From: Candidatus Hydrothermia bacterium
GTDB taxonomy: Bacteria > Hydrothermota > Hydrothermia > UBA1063
Length of the DNA: 64,000 nucleotides
Direction: 5' to 3'
NCBI GenBank assembly: GCA_049719805.1
Contig: JBNARF010000001.1
Span: 318,341-382,340 of the forward strand
Shown: piece after piece, positions 9,800 through 20,910 of the stretch
How positions within the stretch are numbered: the stretch's first letter is position 1
Layout: the number at the start of each line of letters is the position of its first letter
The notes under the pieces: generated by a model
Seen by the model: only the letters and a program-made list of their open reading frames with translations
Databases searched by the model: none
What the model was told of the DNA's origin: nothing
Made by a program: the position numbers and the translations under genes

Positions 9800-9828
9800 T
9801 TGGAATTTTGAGAACTTCTCAATATAAT
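9800..9828 (+). promoter_or_regulatory. Sigma70-type promoter for the glgA operon, with a perfect 7-1-7 palindrome in the spacer
   Basis: TTGGAA-17-TATAAT; TTGAGAA-C-TTCTCAA at 9808-9822; SD GGAGG downstream. Confidence 0.6.
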
Positions 9829-9848
9829 TTAAATGAGGAGGAGGCAAC

Positions 9849-11270
9849 ATGAAGGTTTTAATGGCGGCATCGGAAATAGACCCTTTAGCAAAAACAGGTG
9901 GACTTGCAGACGTGGCTTCTTCTCTGCCTAAGGCTCTAAAAAAACAGGGTATAGACATAGTATTGGTGATGCCTTACTACAAAAGATTTGTCGACAAAAC
10001 CGGTTTTAATATAAGAGAAACAGATTATGCTTTTGAAGTTAAGCTTGCTAATGTGAATTACAAAGGCAAATTTTATGTTACGCAGTTGAGTGAGGTTCCC
10101 GTTTATCTTCTGGAAAACGATTTTTTCTATGATAGAGATAATTTATATGGGACTTCTACTGGTGATTACCCGGACAATGGTATTAGATTTGGCTTTTTTT
10201 GCTATGGAATCCTTGAACTTGCGAAATTTCTTAAGGATATAGATATACTTCATCTCAATGATTGGCAGACTGGTCTGGCTCCCCTTATTAAACTTCGAAA
10301 ATATGAGGAGTTAAAAAGCATAAAGACTTTAATATCCATCCATAATCTTGCGTATCAGGGGATATTTGAGAAAAAAATTTTAGAAGATTTAAATCTGGGC
10401 TACGAGGACTTCCATATGGATGGTGTAGAATTTTTCGGGAAAGTCAACTTTTTAAAGGCTGGTATAGTTTATTCAGATTTTATAAATACAGTGAGTCCAA
10501 CCTATGCTCAAGAGATCCAGACACCAGAGTATGGATGTGGACTTGATGGCATACTCAGGAAAAAAAGAGATGTGCTTTTTGGTATTTTAAACGGGATAGA
10601 TTACGAAGTATGGAATCCAGAGAAAGATTCAGAGTTATATTTTAATTATTCCGCTAATAATCTTTTTGAGGGTAAGCAAATTAACAAATTGAAACTCCTT
10701 GAGGAAATTGGTCTTAAGGATGCTCAAAAGCCCCTTTTTGGCATTGTGTCTCGTCTTGCGGAGCAAAAAGGATTTGATCTGTTCCCCAGTATCATTGAAC
10801 ATATAGCAAAGGAAAATCTTAATATGGTAGTGCTAGGTGCTGGAGATAAAGTTTATCAGGATATGTTCTTAGACATCTCAAAGAGGTATTCTAATATTTT
10901 TGTAAAGATCGGTTTTGATCCAGTACTTGCCAAGAGGATTTATGCCTCCTCTGACTTTTTCTTAATGCCCTCTAAGTATGAGCCTTGTGGTTTAGGGCAG
11001 CTAATTGCTATGAGGTACGGAACCATTCCCGTTGTGCGCTCTACCGGAGGTTTGAAAGATACGGTTAAAGACATAGATCAAGGTGGATATGGCGTGGTTT
11101 TTGAGAACTACGAACCCCTTGAACTATTAAAGGGTATAAAACGTGCGATAAGTTTGTATGAAAATAAGAAACTGTTTGAAGAGTGTGTAAGAAAAGTTTT
11201 TAGTCTTGATTTTTCCTGGGCAACTTCAGCGATGGAGTATATTAAGCTTTACAGGAAAATGTTGTCATGA
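9849..11270 (+). CDS. glgA: Glycogen synthase (GT5)
   Basis: KTGGLADV, HLNDWQ, IHNLAYQG, PSKYEPCGLGQL and TGGLKDTV motifs. Confidence 0.96.
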   Translation: MKVLMAASEIDPLAKTGGLADVASSLPKALKKQGIDIVLVMPYYKRFVDKTGFNIRETDYAFEVKLANVNYKGKFYVTQLSEVPVYLLENDFFYDRDNLYGTSTGDYPDNGIRFGFFCYGILELAKFLKDIDILHLNDWQTGLAPLIKLRKYEELKSIKTLISIHNLAYQGIFEKKILEDLNLGYEDFHMDGVEFFGKVNFLKAGIVYSDFINTVSPTYAQEIQTPEYGCGLDGILRKKRDVLFGILNGIDYEVWNPEKDSELYFNYSANNLFEGKQINKLKLLEEIGLKDAQKPLFGIVSRLAEQKGFDLFPSIIEHIAKENLNMVVLGAGDKVYQDMFLDISKRYSNIFVKIGFDPVLAKRIYASSDFFLMPSKYEPCGLGQLIAMRYGTIPVVRSTGGLKDTVKDIDQGGYGVVFENYEPLELLKGIKRAISLYENKKLFEECVRKVFSLDFSWATSAMEYIKLYRKMLS

Positions 11271-12874
11271 GTAAATATATCTTTGTAACCGGTGGAGTTG
11301 TTTCAGGACTTGGAAAGGGTATCACTACAGCGTCTATTGGTATGCTTCTGAAAGCCAGGGGATTTAAAGTAGAACCTCTCAAATTTGATCCCTATCTTAA
11401 TGTAGATCCCGGGACTATGAGTCCATTTCAGCATGGAGAAGTATTTGTGACAGATGACGGTGCAGAGACAGATCTGGATCTTGGACATTATGAACGATTT
11501 CTGGACGAAAATCTGTGTAAAGACAATAATGTAACAGCTGGCCAACTTTACTATACATTAATTGAGAACGAGAGAGAGGGTAAATATCTCGGAGGCACTG
11601 TTCAAGTAGTACCCCATCTTACGGATGAAATAAAAAGCAGGATTAAGAAATTAGCACAGAAAGGAGTAGATATTGTTCTTGTGGAAATTGGTGGTACGGT
11701 AGGTGATATAGAAAGTCTTCCATTTCTTGAAGCAATAAGACAAATGAGACTCGAGGAGGGTTCTTATAACACTCTCTTTATTCATGTTACTTTGGTTCCT
11801 TATATTAAGTCATCGGAGGAATTAAAGACCAAGCCGACGCAGCATAGTGTTCAAAAGCTAAGGGAAATCGGAATTCAACCTGATATTATTGTTTGTAGAA
11901 CCGAAAAACATCTTACTCCCGATGTCATAAAGAAAATAGCCTTATTTTCCAATGTCCCTGAAAGGGATGTAATAGAAGCTCGAGATGTGAGTAATATTTA
12001 TGAAGTTCCCATAATGCTTTATAACCAGAATATGGATGTTGAGATACTAGAAAAATTGCATCTGCAAGGTAAAGAACCTGATCTTTCTTTGTGGATGAGC
12101 TTTCTGAAAAAAGTTGAATCCCCGGAAGAGGAAGTGTCTCTGGCCTTCATTGGAAAGTACGTTAAGTTAAAGGATTCTTATAAGAGTATTCTTGAGGCCA
12201 TCAATCATGCAAGCATCCACACCAGGACTAAAGTGAACATTAATTTTATTGAATCTGAAGAACTTGAGAGAGGTAGCGCGGATATTTTACTCTCTGGGGT
12301 AAATGGTATCCTCGTGGGTCCAGGATTTGGAGAACGGGGAATTGAAGGGAAGATTATCGCATGTAAGTATGCACGTGAAAAGAAGGTCCCATACTTTGGT
12401 ATTTGTCTTGGCATGCAAATATCTGTCATTGAATTTGCAAGGGATGTTTTAGGGCTAAGGAATGCAAACTCTACGGAATTTGACCCAAATACACCGTATC
12501 CTGTAATTACGATCTTACCTGATAAGAGTAATATATCGATGATGGGAGGAACTTTGAGAAAGGGAGCATATCCTTGTGTTCTCAGGGAGGGTAGTATGGC
12601 CCATAAATTGTACGGGACCACTGCAATATCCGAAAGGCACAGACACCGATATGAAGTTAACCCCGAGTTTGTGCCCCAGTTTGAAATGCACGGCTTAATT
12701 CCGTCTGGAATTTCGCCGGATGGGAAATTAGTAGAAATTTTTGAATATAAAGAGCATCCGTTTTTTATTGGCGTTCAATTTCATCCAGAATTTAAGTCAA
12801 GGCCTTTAAGGCCTCATCCTCTGTTTTTAGGATTCATTGAGGCTATGAGAAAACATAAAGGAGGTTTATTATGA
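11267..12874 (+). CDS. pyrG: CTP synthase
   Basis: TGGVVSGLGKG, GICLGMQ and QFHPEF motifs. Confidence 0.98.
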   Translation: MSKYIFVTGGVVSGLGKGITTASIGMLLKARGFKVEPLKFDPYLNVDPGTMSPFQHGEVFVTDDGAETDLDLGHYERFLDENLCKDNNVTAGQLYYTLIENEREGKYLGGTVQVVPHLTDEIKSRIKKLAQKGVDIVLVEIGGTVGDIESLPFLEAIRQMRLEEGSYNTLFIHVTLVPYIKSSEELKTKPTQHSVQKLREIGIQPDIIVCRTEKHLTPDVIKKIALFSNVPERDVIEARDVSNIYEVPIMLYNQNMDVEILEKLHLQGKEPDLSLWMSFLKKVESPEEEVSLAFIGKYVKLKDSYKSILEAINHASIHTRTKVNINFIESEELERGSADILLSGVNGILVGPGFGERGIEGKIIACKYAREKKVPYFGICLGMQISVIEFARDVLGLRNANSTEFDPNTPYPVITILPDKSNISMMGGTLRKGAYPCVLREGSMAHKLYGTTAISERHRHRYEVNPEFVPQFEMHGLIPSGISPDGKLVEIFEYKEHPFFIGVQFHPEFKSRPLRPHPLFLGFIEAMRKHKGGLL

Positions 12875-13662
12875 GACCTTGGGCGCTTATATTAGGAGCT
12901 TCCAGTGGGTTTGGTAAAGCTACTGCAAGAGAGTTTGCAAAAAATGGAGTAAACCTAATAGGAATACACCTTGATAGGAAGAGTGCCTTGAAGGAAGTGG
13001 AGGATTTTATAGCGGAGCTAAGGTCTTATGATGTCATGGTTAGATTTTACAATATTAATGCTGCCGACCATGAAGCTATGAATTCTACCCTTGATGATGT
13101 AAAGTCTTTTTTTGAGAAAGAAAATAAGGGTGATTTCATTAAAGTCTTACTTCACTCTCTTGCTTTTGGAACCCTTAAAAAATTTATTTCTGATGATGAG
13201 AGTGAAATGATAAATAAGAATCAGATGGATATGACGTTAGACGTAATGGCCAACACCCTTGTATATTGGGTTCAGGGGTGTTTCAAACGGAAACTCTTCG
13301 GCCCAAATTCAAGAATCTTTGCCATGACGAGCTCCGGAGACCAGAGAGTCATGCCTTATTATGGCGCTGTCTCTGCTGCAAAAGCGGCTCTGGAATCACA
13401 TATTAGGCAATTAGCCTTAGAATTAGCCCCTTATAAAATAACGGCAAATGCCATTAAAGCGGGTGTTACTGACACACCCGCACTGAGAAAGATCCCGGGT
13501 CATGAGTACCTTATAGATATGGCACTTAAGAAAAACCCCAGTGGAAGATTGACTACACCAGAGGATGTTGCAAAGGCCATTGTAGCTCTCTCCCATGATG
13601 ATCTATACTGGGTGACAGGCAATGTTATAAATGTAGACGGTGGAGAGGACATAACGGGTTGA
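12871..13662 (+). CDS. SDR oxidoreductase, FabL-like enoyl-ACP reductase
   Basis: GASSGFG; Y-x6-K (YGAVSAAK); GVTDTPAL; NVDGG. Confidence 0.75.
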   Translation: MRPWALILGASSGFGKATAREFAKNGVNLIGIHLDRKSALKEVEDFIAELRSYDVMVRFYNINAADHEAMNSTLDDVKSFFEKENKGDFIKVLLHSLAFGTLKKFISDDESEMINKNQMDMTLDVMANTLVYWVQGCFKRKLFGPNSRIFAMTSSGDQRVMPYYGAVSAAKAALESHIRQLALELAPYKITANAIKAGVTDTPALRKIPGHEYLIDMALKKNPSGRLTTPEDVAKAIVALSHDDLYWVTGNVINVDGGEDITG

Positions 13663-14792
13663 ATGTATTTTTAATCCTATTAATGGTTTTGCAAGATTCA
13701 TTATGCACTATAAATTTTAGAGTAAAAGTTCCTTCCTTTACACCTTATAGTGATATCTATTTGGCATCCAATTATAACAGTTGGAATCCTTGTGACGACT
13801 CCTTTAAGTTAGTCAAGGAGGATACTGGTGTTTTTTCTCTTTCCGTAAACTTCCCGCGAGGTTTTCGTCTCGAATACAAGTTTACTAGGGGATCATGGTT
13901 AACGGTGGAAAAGGGGGTAAAGGGAGAGGAAATTCCGAACAGGACGCTGGTGGTCTTACAGGACACTACCATCGAAATAGAGGTGGCTAATTGGAGAGAT
14001 TTTTTAGAAAATGAAAGAAAATCACATACTATTTCGGGTAATGTTGAGAAAATTGAGTTTAAATCTCGATTCTTGAAATATTACAACCCCAGAAAGATAT
14101 GGATCTATCTACCCCCTGATTACAAAGTCTCAAACAAAAGTTATCCTGTATTATACATGCAAGATGGTCAGAATCTTTTTGACGATTTTGAGTCTTATGC
14201 GGGGGAATGGCATGTTGATGAAATCCTCGAAGAAATGTATAAAGAGAAAGGCTTTTCTTTGATAGTTGTAGGTATTGAAAATGCGCGAGAATACAGGATT
14301 GATGAATATTCCCCTTATTTTAATGAAAAATACTCACGGGGTGGAGAGGGTAAAATTTATGCAGACTTTTTAGTTAAAGAGTTAAAGCCTTTCATAGATC
14401 AGAACTATCGCACAGAACCACAAATCACGGGTATTTTAGGGTCATCCCTCGGTGGCTTAATTTCTATTTATGCAGGTTTTCTATATCCTGAAATATTTAA
14501 AATAGTAGGTTCGATGAGCGGAGCTTTTTGGTTCAATCCCGAAATAAAAGATTTTATTTTACATTCTGAGGCATATCCTCAACGTATTTATCTTGATTGG
14601 GGACTTAAAGAAAGCGAAAACCCGGATTTTTATGTTAAAGCCAACCGAGAAATTTTAGATGTAATAAAAAATAGGTTTGGCCAAAGGGTTGAGATCATGT
14701 GGGTTGAAGACCCGTTGGGTATTCACAATGAATCCTCGTGGTCTAAGAGATTTCGATCCGCAGTAGAGTTTTTATTTAAAAAGCAGTTTTGA
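13659..14792 (+). CDS. CBM20/CBM48-like carbohydrate-binding module fused to an alpha/beta-hydrolase (putative esterase)
   Basis: N-terminal WNP...EYKFTRGSW..VE....NR; YPVLYMQDGQNLF; GSSLGG nucleophile elbow; HNESSW; TTG start. Confidence 0.85.
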   Translation: MNVFLILLMVLQDSLCTINFRVKVPSFTPYSDIYLASNYNSWNPCDDSFKLVKEDTGVFSLSVNFPRGFRLEYKFTRGSWLTVEKGVKGEEIPNRTLVVLQDTTIEIEVANWRDFLENERKSHTISGNVEKIEFKSRFLKYYNPRKIWIYLPPDYKVSNKSYPVLYMQDGQNLFDDFESYAGEWHVDEILEEMYKEKGFSLIVVGIENAREYRIDEYSPYFNEKYSRGGEGKIYADFLVKELKPFIDQNYRTEPQITGILGSSLGGLISIYAGFLYPEIFKIVGSMSGAFWFNPEIKDFILHSEAYPQRIYLDWGLKESENPDFYVKANREILDVIKNRFGQRVEIMWVEDPLGIHNESSWSKRFRSAVEFLFKKQF

Positions 14793-14802
14793 GTTTATTT
14801 AT

Positions 14803-14831
14803 TTGATAGTAAACGCAAAATCCCTTAAAAT
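14803..14831 (+). promoter_or_regulatory. Sigma70-type promoter of proS, near-leaderless
   Basis: TTGATA-17-TAAAAT, then 9 nt to an ATG with no SD. Confidence 0.6.
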
Positions 14832-14840
14832 ACTAAGACT

Positions 14841-16547
14841 ATGAAATGGAGTAATGCTTTTATACCAACTTCAAAAGAGAATCCGAAAGAAGCAGAAACT
14901 ATTTCTCATAGACTGCTTCAAAGAGGTGGTTTTATTACACAGCATCAGTCGGGTGTTTATACCTTTTTACCCTTAGGTTGGAAAGTGATGCTAAAGATAC
15001 AGCAGATCATAAGAGAAGAGATGAATGCAATAGGCGCACAAGAGCTTCTTATGCCCGCTCTGACTTCAGGAGAGGTATGGAAGGCGTCCGGACGATGGGA
15101 GAGTTTCGGGAAAGATATGTTCAAATTTCAGGACAGAAAGGGGAAGGATATAGCCCTTGCTCCTACCCACGAAGAGATTATAAGTCTTTTAGCAAAAGAT
15201 TACATAAAGTCTTACAGAGACCTGCCTCAAATCTGGTATCAGCTCCAGACTAAATTCAGAGACGAACCCAGACCTCGGGGTGGCATCCTTAGAGTGAGAG
15301 AGTTCATAATGAAGGACTCTTACAGCTTTGATAGGGATTTCGAAGGACTTTTGAAAAGTTATTTACTTCACAGGGAGGCTTATTCAAAGATTTTCTCGAG
15401 GTGTGGATTGCCCTTTATCATTGTGGAAGCCTCCACTGGGCTTATGGGCGGGAAAAAATCCGAAGAGTTTATGGTTATTGCAGAATCGGGTGAAGACTCA
15501 GTGGTTATTTGTCCAAGGTGCGGTTACAATGCCAACACTGAGGTTGCCAAGGGGAGAATTCCCGATAAAGAAATTCGGGGTAATTTTTCGGGCAAGAGGG
15601 AAGTTTATACCCCAGATGTACGCACGGTGGAAGAAGTATCTGAATTTTTAAACATTTCGCCAGAGCTAATTGTAAAAAGCATTTTGTTTGTTTCCAATGA
15701 TGAAGATGAAAGTGTTTTGGTTCTTATAAGGGGTGATTATGAAATAAATGAAGCGAAGCTTTCAGCGGTCCTGGGATCCAACTATCATCTTGCATCCTTT
15801 GACTACATAAAAGAAAAGTACGGCGTGGAACCGGGGTTTCTCGGCCCCGTGGAGCTAAAAGTCAATAAAATTTTGGCAGATGAATCTATTAAGGGACTTG
15901 AGAATTTTGTGGTTGGTGCAAATAAGCAGGATTATCATTTGGTGGGTGTGAATCTTCACGAGATTCCTGTAAGTGAATTCGTGGATGTCAGAATTACCAG
16001 GGAAGGAGAAATTTGCGAGAGGTGTGGTGCTCCTTTAGAAGTAAAAAATGCAATTGAAGTAGGACATATATTCCAGCTGGGTACACGTTATTCAGATAGT
16101 TTGGACGTAAAATATACTGATACTGATGGCCAGTTAAAGCCCATAGTGATGGGAAGTTATGGTATTGGAGTTGGGCGCATTATGGCAGCAGCGGTTGAGG
16201 TGTTCCATGACGAAAAAGGGATTATCTGGCCATATAGTATTGCTCCTTATGAGGTAAACATAGTTGAAATTAATCCTTCTAAAACATCGGCAATTTCGGA
16301 AAATATTTATAACAATCTTGTGAGAAATGGTTTTGAAGTCTTGTGGGATGAGAGAAATATATCGGCTGGAGCAAAGTTTAAAGATGCTGAGCTTATAGGT
16401 ATTCCATTCAATGTTGTGGTTAGTGAAACAAGGGCACAACAAAATTTAGTAGAGCTACAGATAAGAAAGACCGGAGAAAAGATTGATGTTAATAAAGAAG
16501 AGCTTGCTGATAAGCTAAAGAAGATAGTTGAGGAATCAAGGATATGA
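14841..16547 (+). CDS. proS: Proline--tRNA ligase, bacterial type with INS editing domain
   Basis: LAPTHEE, FRDEPRPRGG, REFIMKDSYSF, EVGHIFQLG and MGSYGIG motifs. Confidence 0.98.
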   Translation: MKWSNAFIPTSKENPKEAETISHRLLQRGGFITQHQSGVYTFLPLGWKVMLKIQQIIREEMNAIGAQELLMPALTSGEVWKASGRWESFGKDMFKFQDRKGKDIALAPTHEEIISLLAKDYIKSYRDLPQIWYQLQTKFRDEPRPRGGILRVREFIMKDSYSFDRDFEGLLKSYLLHREAYSKIFSRCGLPFIIVEASTGLMGGKKSEEFMVIAESGEDSVVICPRCGYNANTEVAKGRIPDKEIRGNFSGKREVYTPDVRTVEEVSEFLNISPELIVKSILFVSNDEDESVLVLIRGDYEINEAKLSAVLGSNYHLASFDYIKEKYGVEPGFLGPVELKVNKILADESIKGLENFVVGANKQDYHLVGVNLHEIPVSEFVDVRITREGEICERCGAPLEVKNAIEVGHIFQLGTRYSDSLDVKYTDTDGQLKPIVMGSYGIGVGRIMAAAVEVFHDEKGIIWPYSIAPYEVNIVEINPSKTSAISENIYNNLVRNGFEVLWDERNISAGAKFKDAELIGIPFNVVVSETRAQQNLVELQIRKTGEKIDVNKEELADKLKKIVEESRI

Positions 16548-16987
16548 ATATTGATGACTTGAAAAGTATTGAAAAGAGAGTAGAGGACCTCGTAGAGAGG
16601 CTTCTTCGAGGTACTCCCTATGTATTGGTAGATGTCTCTTTTAAAGGTATTGGAGGAAGAAGGAAACTTGAGATTGCTGTAGATAAACCAGGAGGAATTA
16701 CACTGGAAGAATGTGAAAAACTATCGGGTGAAATCTCCTTGGCTTTAGATGCTGAGGATTTTGTACCAGGTCCGTATATTCTTGAAGTTGGAAGTCCCGG
16801 ATTGGACAGAGTTATTAAAACCCAAAGGGAACTATCGTGGGCAAAAGGTAAAAAAGTTCGAATTTTTTTGAAAGAGGGGGAAATAAAAGGAGTTTTGCTG
16901 GATTTCGATGAAGAGTTCATAATTCTGAGTAGTGGTGGGAAGATTAAAAGAAACGATGTTCTAAAAATTAAAATAGACGAGGTGTAA
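16544..16987 (+). CDS. rimP: Ribosome maturation factor RimP
   Basis: DKPGGITLEEC, YILEVGSPGLDR; lies just before nusA. Confidence 0.95.
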   Translation: MNIDDLKSIEKRVEDLVERLLRGTPYVLVDVSFKGIGGRRKLEIAVDKPGGITLEECEKLSGEISLALDAEDFVPGPYILEVGSPGLDRVIKTQRELSWAKGKKVRIFLKEGEIKGVLLDFDEEFIILSSGGKIKRNDVLKIKIDEV

Positions 16988-16988
16988 T

Positions 16989-18260
16989 ATGGAAGTAAGG
17001 GAAATTGAGCAAATTCTGCATCAAATAGCAGGTTCAAAATTATCAAAAGATTTTGTGATAGAAAAGTTTAAAGAAGCAGTTCTCGATGTATTGAGAAAGG
17101 TTAGGCCTGGAGTAAATTATAGAATCAATTACGATCCAAAGGAAGGATTTTCGCTAATTGCTGAAAAAATAGTAAAGGAGAAGGTACAGGATCCCAATGT
17201 TGAAATTTCCCTTGAAGAGGCGAAGCAAATAAATCCCGATATAGAGGTTGATCAGAAAATAGAGGTTAGAGAGGATTTTGGAACATTTGGTAGACGTTAC
17301 ACTGATTTGATTCTTCAGTTCTTTAAACGAAAGTTGGAAGAAGAGAGAAAGAGAAAAGAGTACGAAAATTTGAATAAGCGCATTGGCGAAAAGGTTGAAG
17401 GTACTATCATAAGAATAGAAAAAGACGAGGTGATTGTAAGTCTCGGGAATGTTGAGGCTTCCCTTCCATTTTCTGAGCTATTACCAACAGACAAAGCACA
17501 ACTTAAACATTTAAGAAGAATTAAAGCAGTAATCCTTGATGTGCAAGACCCCAAGGAAAAGAAAGAGAAAAAAAGATTCTCAACTCCAGTTCTCCTTTCC
17601 AGGACTCATCCAAGTTTTCTCAAAAAGCTTCTTGAGGACGAGATTCCAGATATAGCAACCGGCCTCATAGAGATCAAACAGATTGCCAGAATTCCTGGTC
17701 GTAGGGCCAAAGTTTCTGTTAAACCTAAAAAACCTGAAATAGTAGACATTGGATCTATTATTGGTATCAGGGGGCAAATAATAAAATCGATAAGCGACGA
17801 GCTCGGTGGAGAAAAGATTGATATTATTCGTTATAGCGAGAATCCTTATAAGCACGTAGCTAATGCACTTTCACCTGCAAAGGATATACTCTGTGTATAT
17901 GATCAGGACGATAAGTATGTAGCTATAGTCGCAGATCCAGAATTGCCTGTAGCTAAGGGGGAAGATGCTATTAATGCCATTCTCGCTTCAAAACTTGTGG
18001 GTAAAGAGGTCCTCGTATACCCCTATAAGGAATTTGAGAATGTAAAACCGAAAGAAGGTATAACAATTCTCGAGTTAGTTAGTGATTTACCTTCCAATGT
18101 CATCAATACATTTAGAGAGGCTGGTATTTACTACTTCAAGGATATAAAGTCTCTGCCCACTCTCTCAGATCTCAAAAGGTTGGGATTTAGAGAAGATCAG
18201 GCCTTAAAACTCTTAGAACTTCTCGAGAGTAAAATCGCGGAAAAGGAGCAAAATGGATGA
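16989..18260 (+). CDS. nusA: Transcription termination/antitermination factor NusA
   Basis: S1 and KH domains (LSRTHP, ARIPGRRAKV, ELGGEKIDII, NALSPA); synteny. Confidence 0.93.
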   Translation: MEVREIEQILHQIAGSKLSKDFVIEKFKEAVLDVLRKVRPGVNYRINYDPKEGFSLIAEKIVKEKVQDPNVEISLEEAKQINPDIEVDQKIEVREDFGTFGRRYTDLILQFFKRKLEEERKRKEYENLNKRIGEKVEGTIIRIEKDEVIVSLGNVEASLPFSELLPTDKAQLKHLRRIKAVILDVQDPKEKKEKKRFSTPVLLSRTHPSFLKKLLEDEIPDIATGLIEIKQIARIPGRRAKVSVKPKKPEIVDIGSIIGIRGQIIKSISDELGGEKIDIIRYSENPYKHVANALSPAKDILCVYDQDDKYVAIVADPELPVAKGEDAINAILASKLVGKEVLVYPYKEFENVKPKEGITILELVSDLPSNVINTFREAGIYYFKDIKSLPTLSDLKRLGFREDQALKLLELLESKIAEKEQNG

Positions 18261-20364
18261 AAAAAATATGAAAAGGGTTGGAGATATTGCAAAAGAGCTT
18301 GATTTAACAGCAAAGAGTGTAATCTCCATCTTGAATTCCTTGAATTTTAATGTATCTTCTCCCAGGGATCCTCTTACTCCTGAAATGGAAAAGGCAATAA
18401 GAGAATATCTGAACTTACAAAAAGAGGAGGAGAAAAAAGAGTTAGAGAGAAAAAAACAGATTTGGGGGGAAGAGGAGGAATTCAGGGAAGAAACAAAGGG
18501 TGGAAAGGATCGTAACGTTTCACCTTCCCGGGAATCAACTGTTAAAGAGCGTTTCAAAGTTCCCCATGAGGTGAAGAAACACGATAAACCAAAAAAGAAG
18601 GAAGAACGCCCTCAGGAAGTAGAAGAGACACCCAAAAAAATACAGCTTTATTCCAGGTCCATCACTGTTGGTGAGCTGGCAAAAGTAATGGGAGTGACTC
18701 CCGCTGAGATTATCCAGAAGCTGTTTCTGATGGGTAAAATGGTTACAATAAATCACGTGCTTGACGAGGAAACGATAGCAATCATTGCAGATGATTACGG
18801 GTTTGAAGTGGAGTATCCAGAGAAAAGGTCAGTAGAAGAGAAAATAGAGGAATTTGAAGAGGAGCGTCCGCCTGTGGTAACGGTGATGGGTCATGTGGAC
18901 CATGGTAAAACTACACTTTTAGACTATATAAGACACACCAATGTTGCAGAAAAAGAAGTGGGGAAAATTACGCAGCACATAGGTGCATATACCATAGAAT
19001 ATCAAGGAAAAAAGATAACATTTCTTGATACGCCCGGTCATGAGGCTTTTTCCGCAATGAGAGCAAGAGGAGCCCAGGTAACTGACATTATAGTTCTTGT
19101 TGTATCCGCTGTTGAAGGAGTTAAAGAGCAAACTGTTGAGGCTATTAACCATGCCAAAAGTGCCCGTGTGCCAATAATTGTAGCCATCAACAAAATTGAT
19201 TTGCCCAATGCTGATCCTGAAAGAGTCAGGAGGGAACTAACTCAATATGGTTTAATTCCTGAGGAATGGGGTGGAGATACTTTAATGGTAGAAATATCCG
19301 CTAAAACGGGAAAAAATGTAGATGAATTACTCTTAGGAATATTGTTGAAGGCCGAAGAACTTAAATTAAGGTCAACTTCAAAGGGTAATGCAAAAGGTGT
19401 TATCATTGAGTCCAAAATAGATAAAGGAAAAGGTCCAGTTGGGACTGTTCTTGTTCAAAGAGGGACCCTGAAAGTGAGAGACAATTTTGTTTGCGGTTTA
19501 ACCTATGGTAGGGTCAGAGCTATGTTCAATGAATGGGGAGAGAGAGTAGAGGAGGCTGGGCCTTCAATTCCCGTTCTTGTGCAGGGTTTTGAAGATCTGC
19601 CGCAGGCTGGCGATATTTTTGAAGTTGTAGCCTCTGAAGAAGAAGCAAAAGAAATTGTTGAGGAAAGAAGAAAAATAAGACGAGAGCAAATTCAAAAAGG
19701 TGAGTACACTCTAATTTTGAAGACCATTCAGGAAAGAATTAAAGCAGGCGAATTGAAACAGTTGCCTCTTGTAATTAAGGCGGACTGTTACGGATCGGTA
19801 GAAGCTATTCAGGATAGTCTTTCTAAAATGTCTGTTAAGGATGTGAAACCTGAAATAATATATGCCGGAGTAGGAGCCGTTACAGAAAATGATGTGGAAC
19901 TTGCTCATACAGCCCAAGGAGTAATTATTGGCTTTAATACCACCGTTGATCCCAAAGCGAAGAGTAAGGCAAAAGAACTTGGGGTAACCATCAAACTCAC
20001 AAAGCTCATTTACGAATTAATTGAGGACGTGGATAAAATGCTAAAGGGGCTCGTGGAACCTGTTACTAAAGAGGTTATTCTGGGAAGGGCGGAAGTGAGA
20101 AAGTTATTTAGAATTGCAAAGGTGGGAATAGTAGCCGGATGTTACGTCATAGAGGGGGAAATTAAGCGAAATGCTAATGTACGTGTTCTCCGCGAAGGCG
20201 ATGTGATTTTCTCGGGTAAAATTGCGAGTCTAAAAAGGTTTCAGGAAGATGTAAGGGAAGTTCAAGCTGGGTACGAATGCGGAATAAAAATCGAAGGCTT
20301 CGATAAGCTTAAAGAAGGTGATATTATAGAGTGTTATAACATAGAGCAGGTGTTTGAATTTTAA
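18253..20364 (+). CDS. infB: Translation initiation factor IF-2
   Basis: [32 protein letters not shown] and SLKRF..DV.EV..GYECG motifs. Confidence 0.98.
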   Translation: MDEKNMKRVGDIAKELDLTAKSVISILNSLNFNVSSPRDPLTPEMEKAIREYLNLQKEEEKKELERKKQIWGEEEEFREETKGGKDRNVSPSRESTVKERFKVPHEVKKHDKPKKKEERPQEVEETPKKIQLYSRSITVGELAKVMGVTPAEIIQKLFLMGKMVTINHVLDEETIAIIADDYGFEVEYPEKRSVEEKIEEFEEERPPVVTVMGHVDHGKTTLLDYIRHTNVAEKEVGKITQHIGAYTIEYQGKKITFLDTPGHEAFSAMRARGAQVTDIIVLVVSAVEGVKEQTVEAINHAKSARVPIIVAINKIDLPNADPERVRRELTQYGLIPEEWGGDTLMVEISAKTGKNVDELLLGILLKAEELKLRSTSKGNAKGVIIESKIDKGKGPVGTVLVQRGTLKVRDNFVCGLTYGRVRAMFNEWGERVEEAGPSIPVLVQGFEDLPQAGDIFEVVASEEEAKEIVEERRKIRREQIQKGEYTLILKTIQERIKAGELKQLPLVIKADCYGSVEAIQDSLSKMSVKDVKPEIIYAGVGAVTENDVELAHTAQGVIIGFNTTVDPKAKSKAKELGVTIKLTKLIYELIEDVDKMLKGLVEPVTKEVILGRAEVRKLFRIAKVGIVAGCYVIEGEIKRNANVRVLREGDVIFSGKIASLKRFQEDVREVQAGYECGIKIEGFDKLKEGDIIECYNIEQVFEF

Positions 20365-20365
20365 T

Positions 20366-20647
20366 ATGATCATAGGTGTTCTTATTGTAGATTTGTACCT
20401 TCCCACGTGTAATTCTTTGAAAGAGAAAAGAAGCATTTTGAAAAGGATCAAAGATAGAGTAAGGGATACTTTTAATGTATCAATATCTGAAATTGACGAT
20501 CAGGATGTCTGGAGGAGAGCGCAGTTGGGAGTAGCCTGTATCTCAAATAACGGAAAGGATGCGAACTCTATCCTTAGCAAAGTGGTGAATTTTATTGAAT
20601 CTACTGATCTTGTTGAAATTCTGGATTACAAGATTAATTTTGTATGA
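20366..20647 (+). CDS. DUF503 (YlxP-like) protein
   Basis: SLKEKRS...FNVSISE..QD.W; usual position after infB; ATG at 20366 preferred over 20354. Confidence 0.88.
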   Translation: MIIGVLIVDLYLPTCNSLKEKRSILKRIKDRVRDTFNVSISEIDDQDVWRRAQLGVACISNNGKDANSILSKVVNFIESTDLVEILDYKINFV

Positions 20648-20910
20648 TAGAAGCCAGAGCTACTATAAAAAACAAACTGGGTATTCATGCACGTCCTGCT
20701 ATGCTTCTTGCTCAGACCGCAAATCAGTTTGAGTCCGATGTATACATCTGCAAAAATGATATGGAGGTGAATGGAAAGAGCGTGCTCGGGATAATGATGC
20801 TCGTAGCCCCTCAGGGGACAGAATTAATCATAAGATGTGAGGGGCCTGATGAAAAGGAGGCTCTTGAAGCGCTATTAAAAATTATAGAGGAAGGGTTCGG
20901 TGAGGAGTAG
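20644..20910 (+). CDS. ptsH: Phosphocarrier protein HPr
   Basis: GIHARPA (His15) and NGKSVLG (Ser46). Confidence 0.96.
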   Translation: MIEARATIKNKLGIHARPAMLLAQTANQFESDVYICKNDMEVNGKSVLGIMMLVAPQGTELIIRCEGPDEKEALEALLKIIEEGFGEE

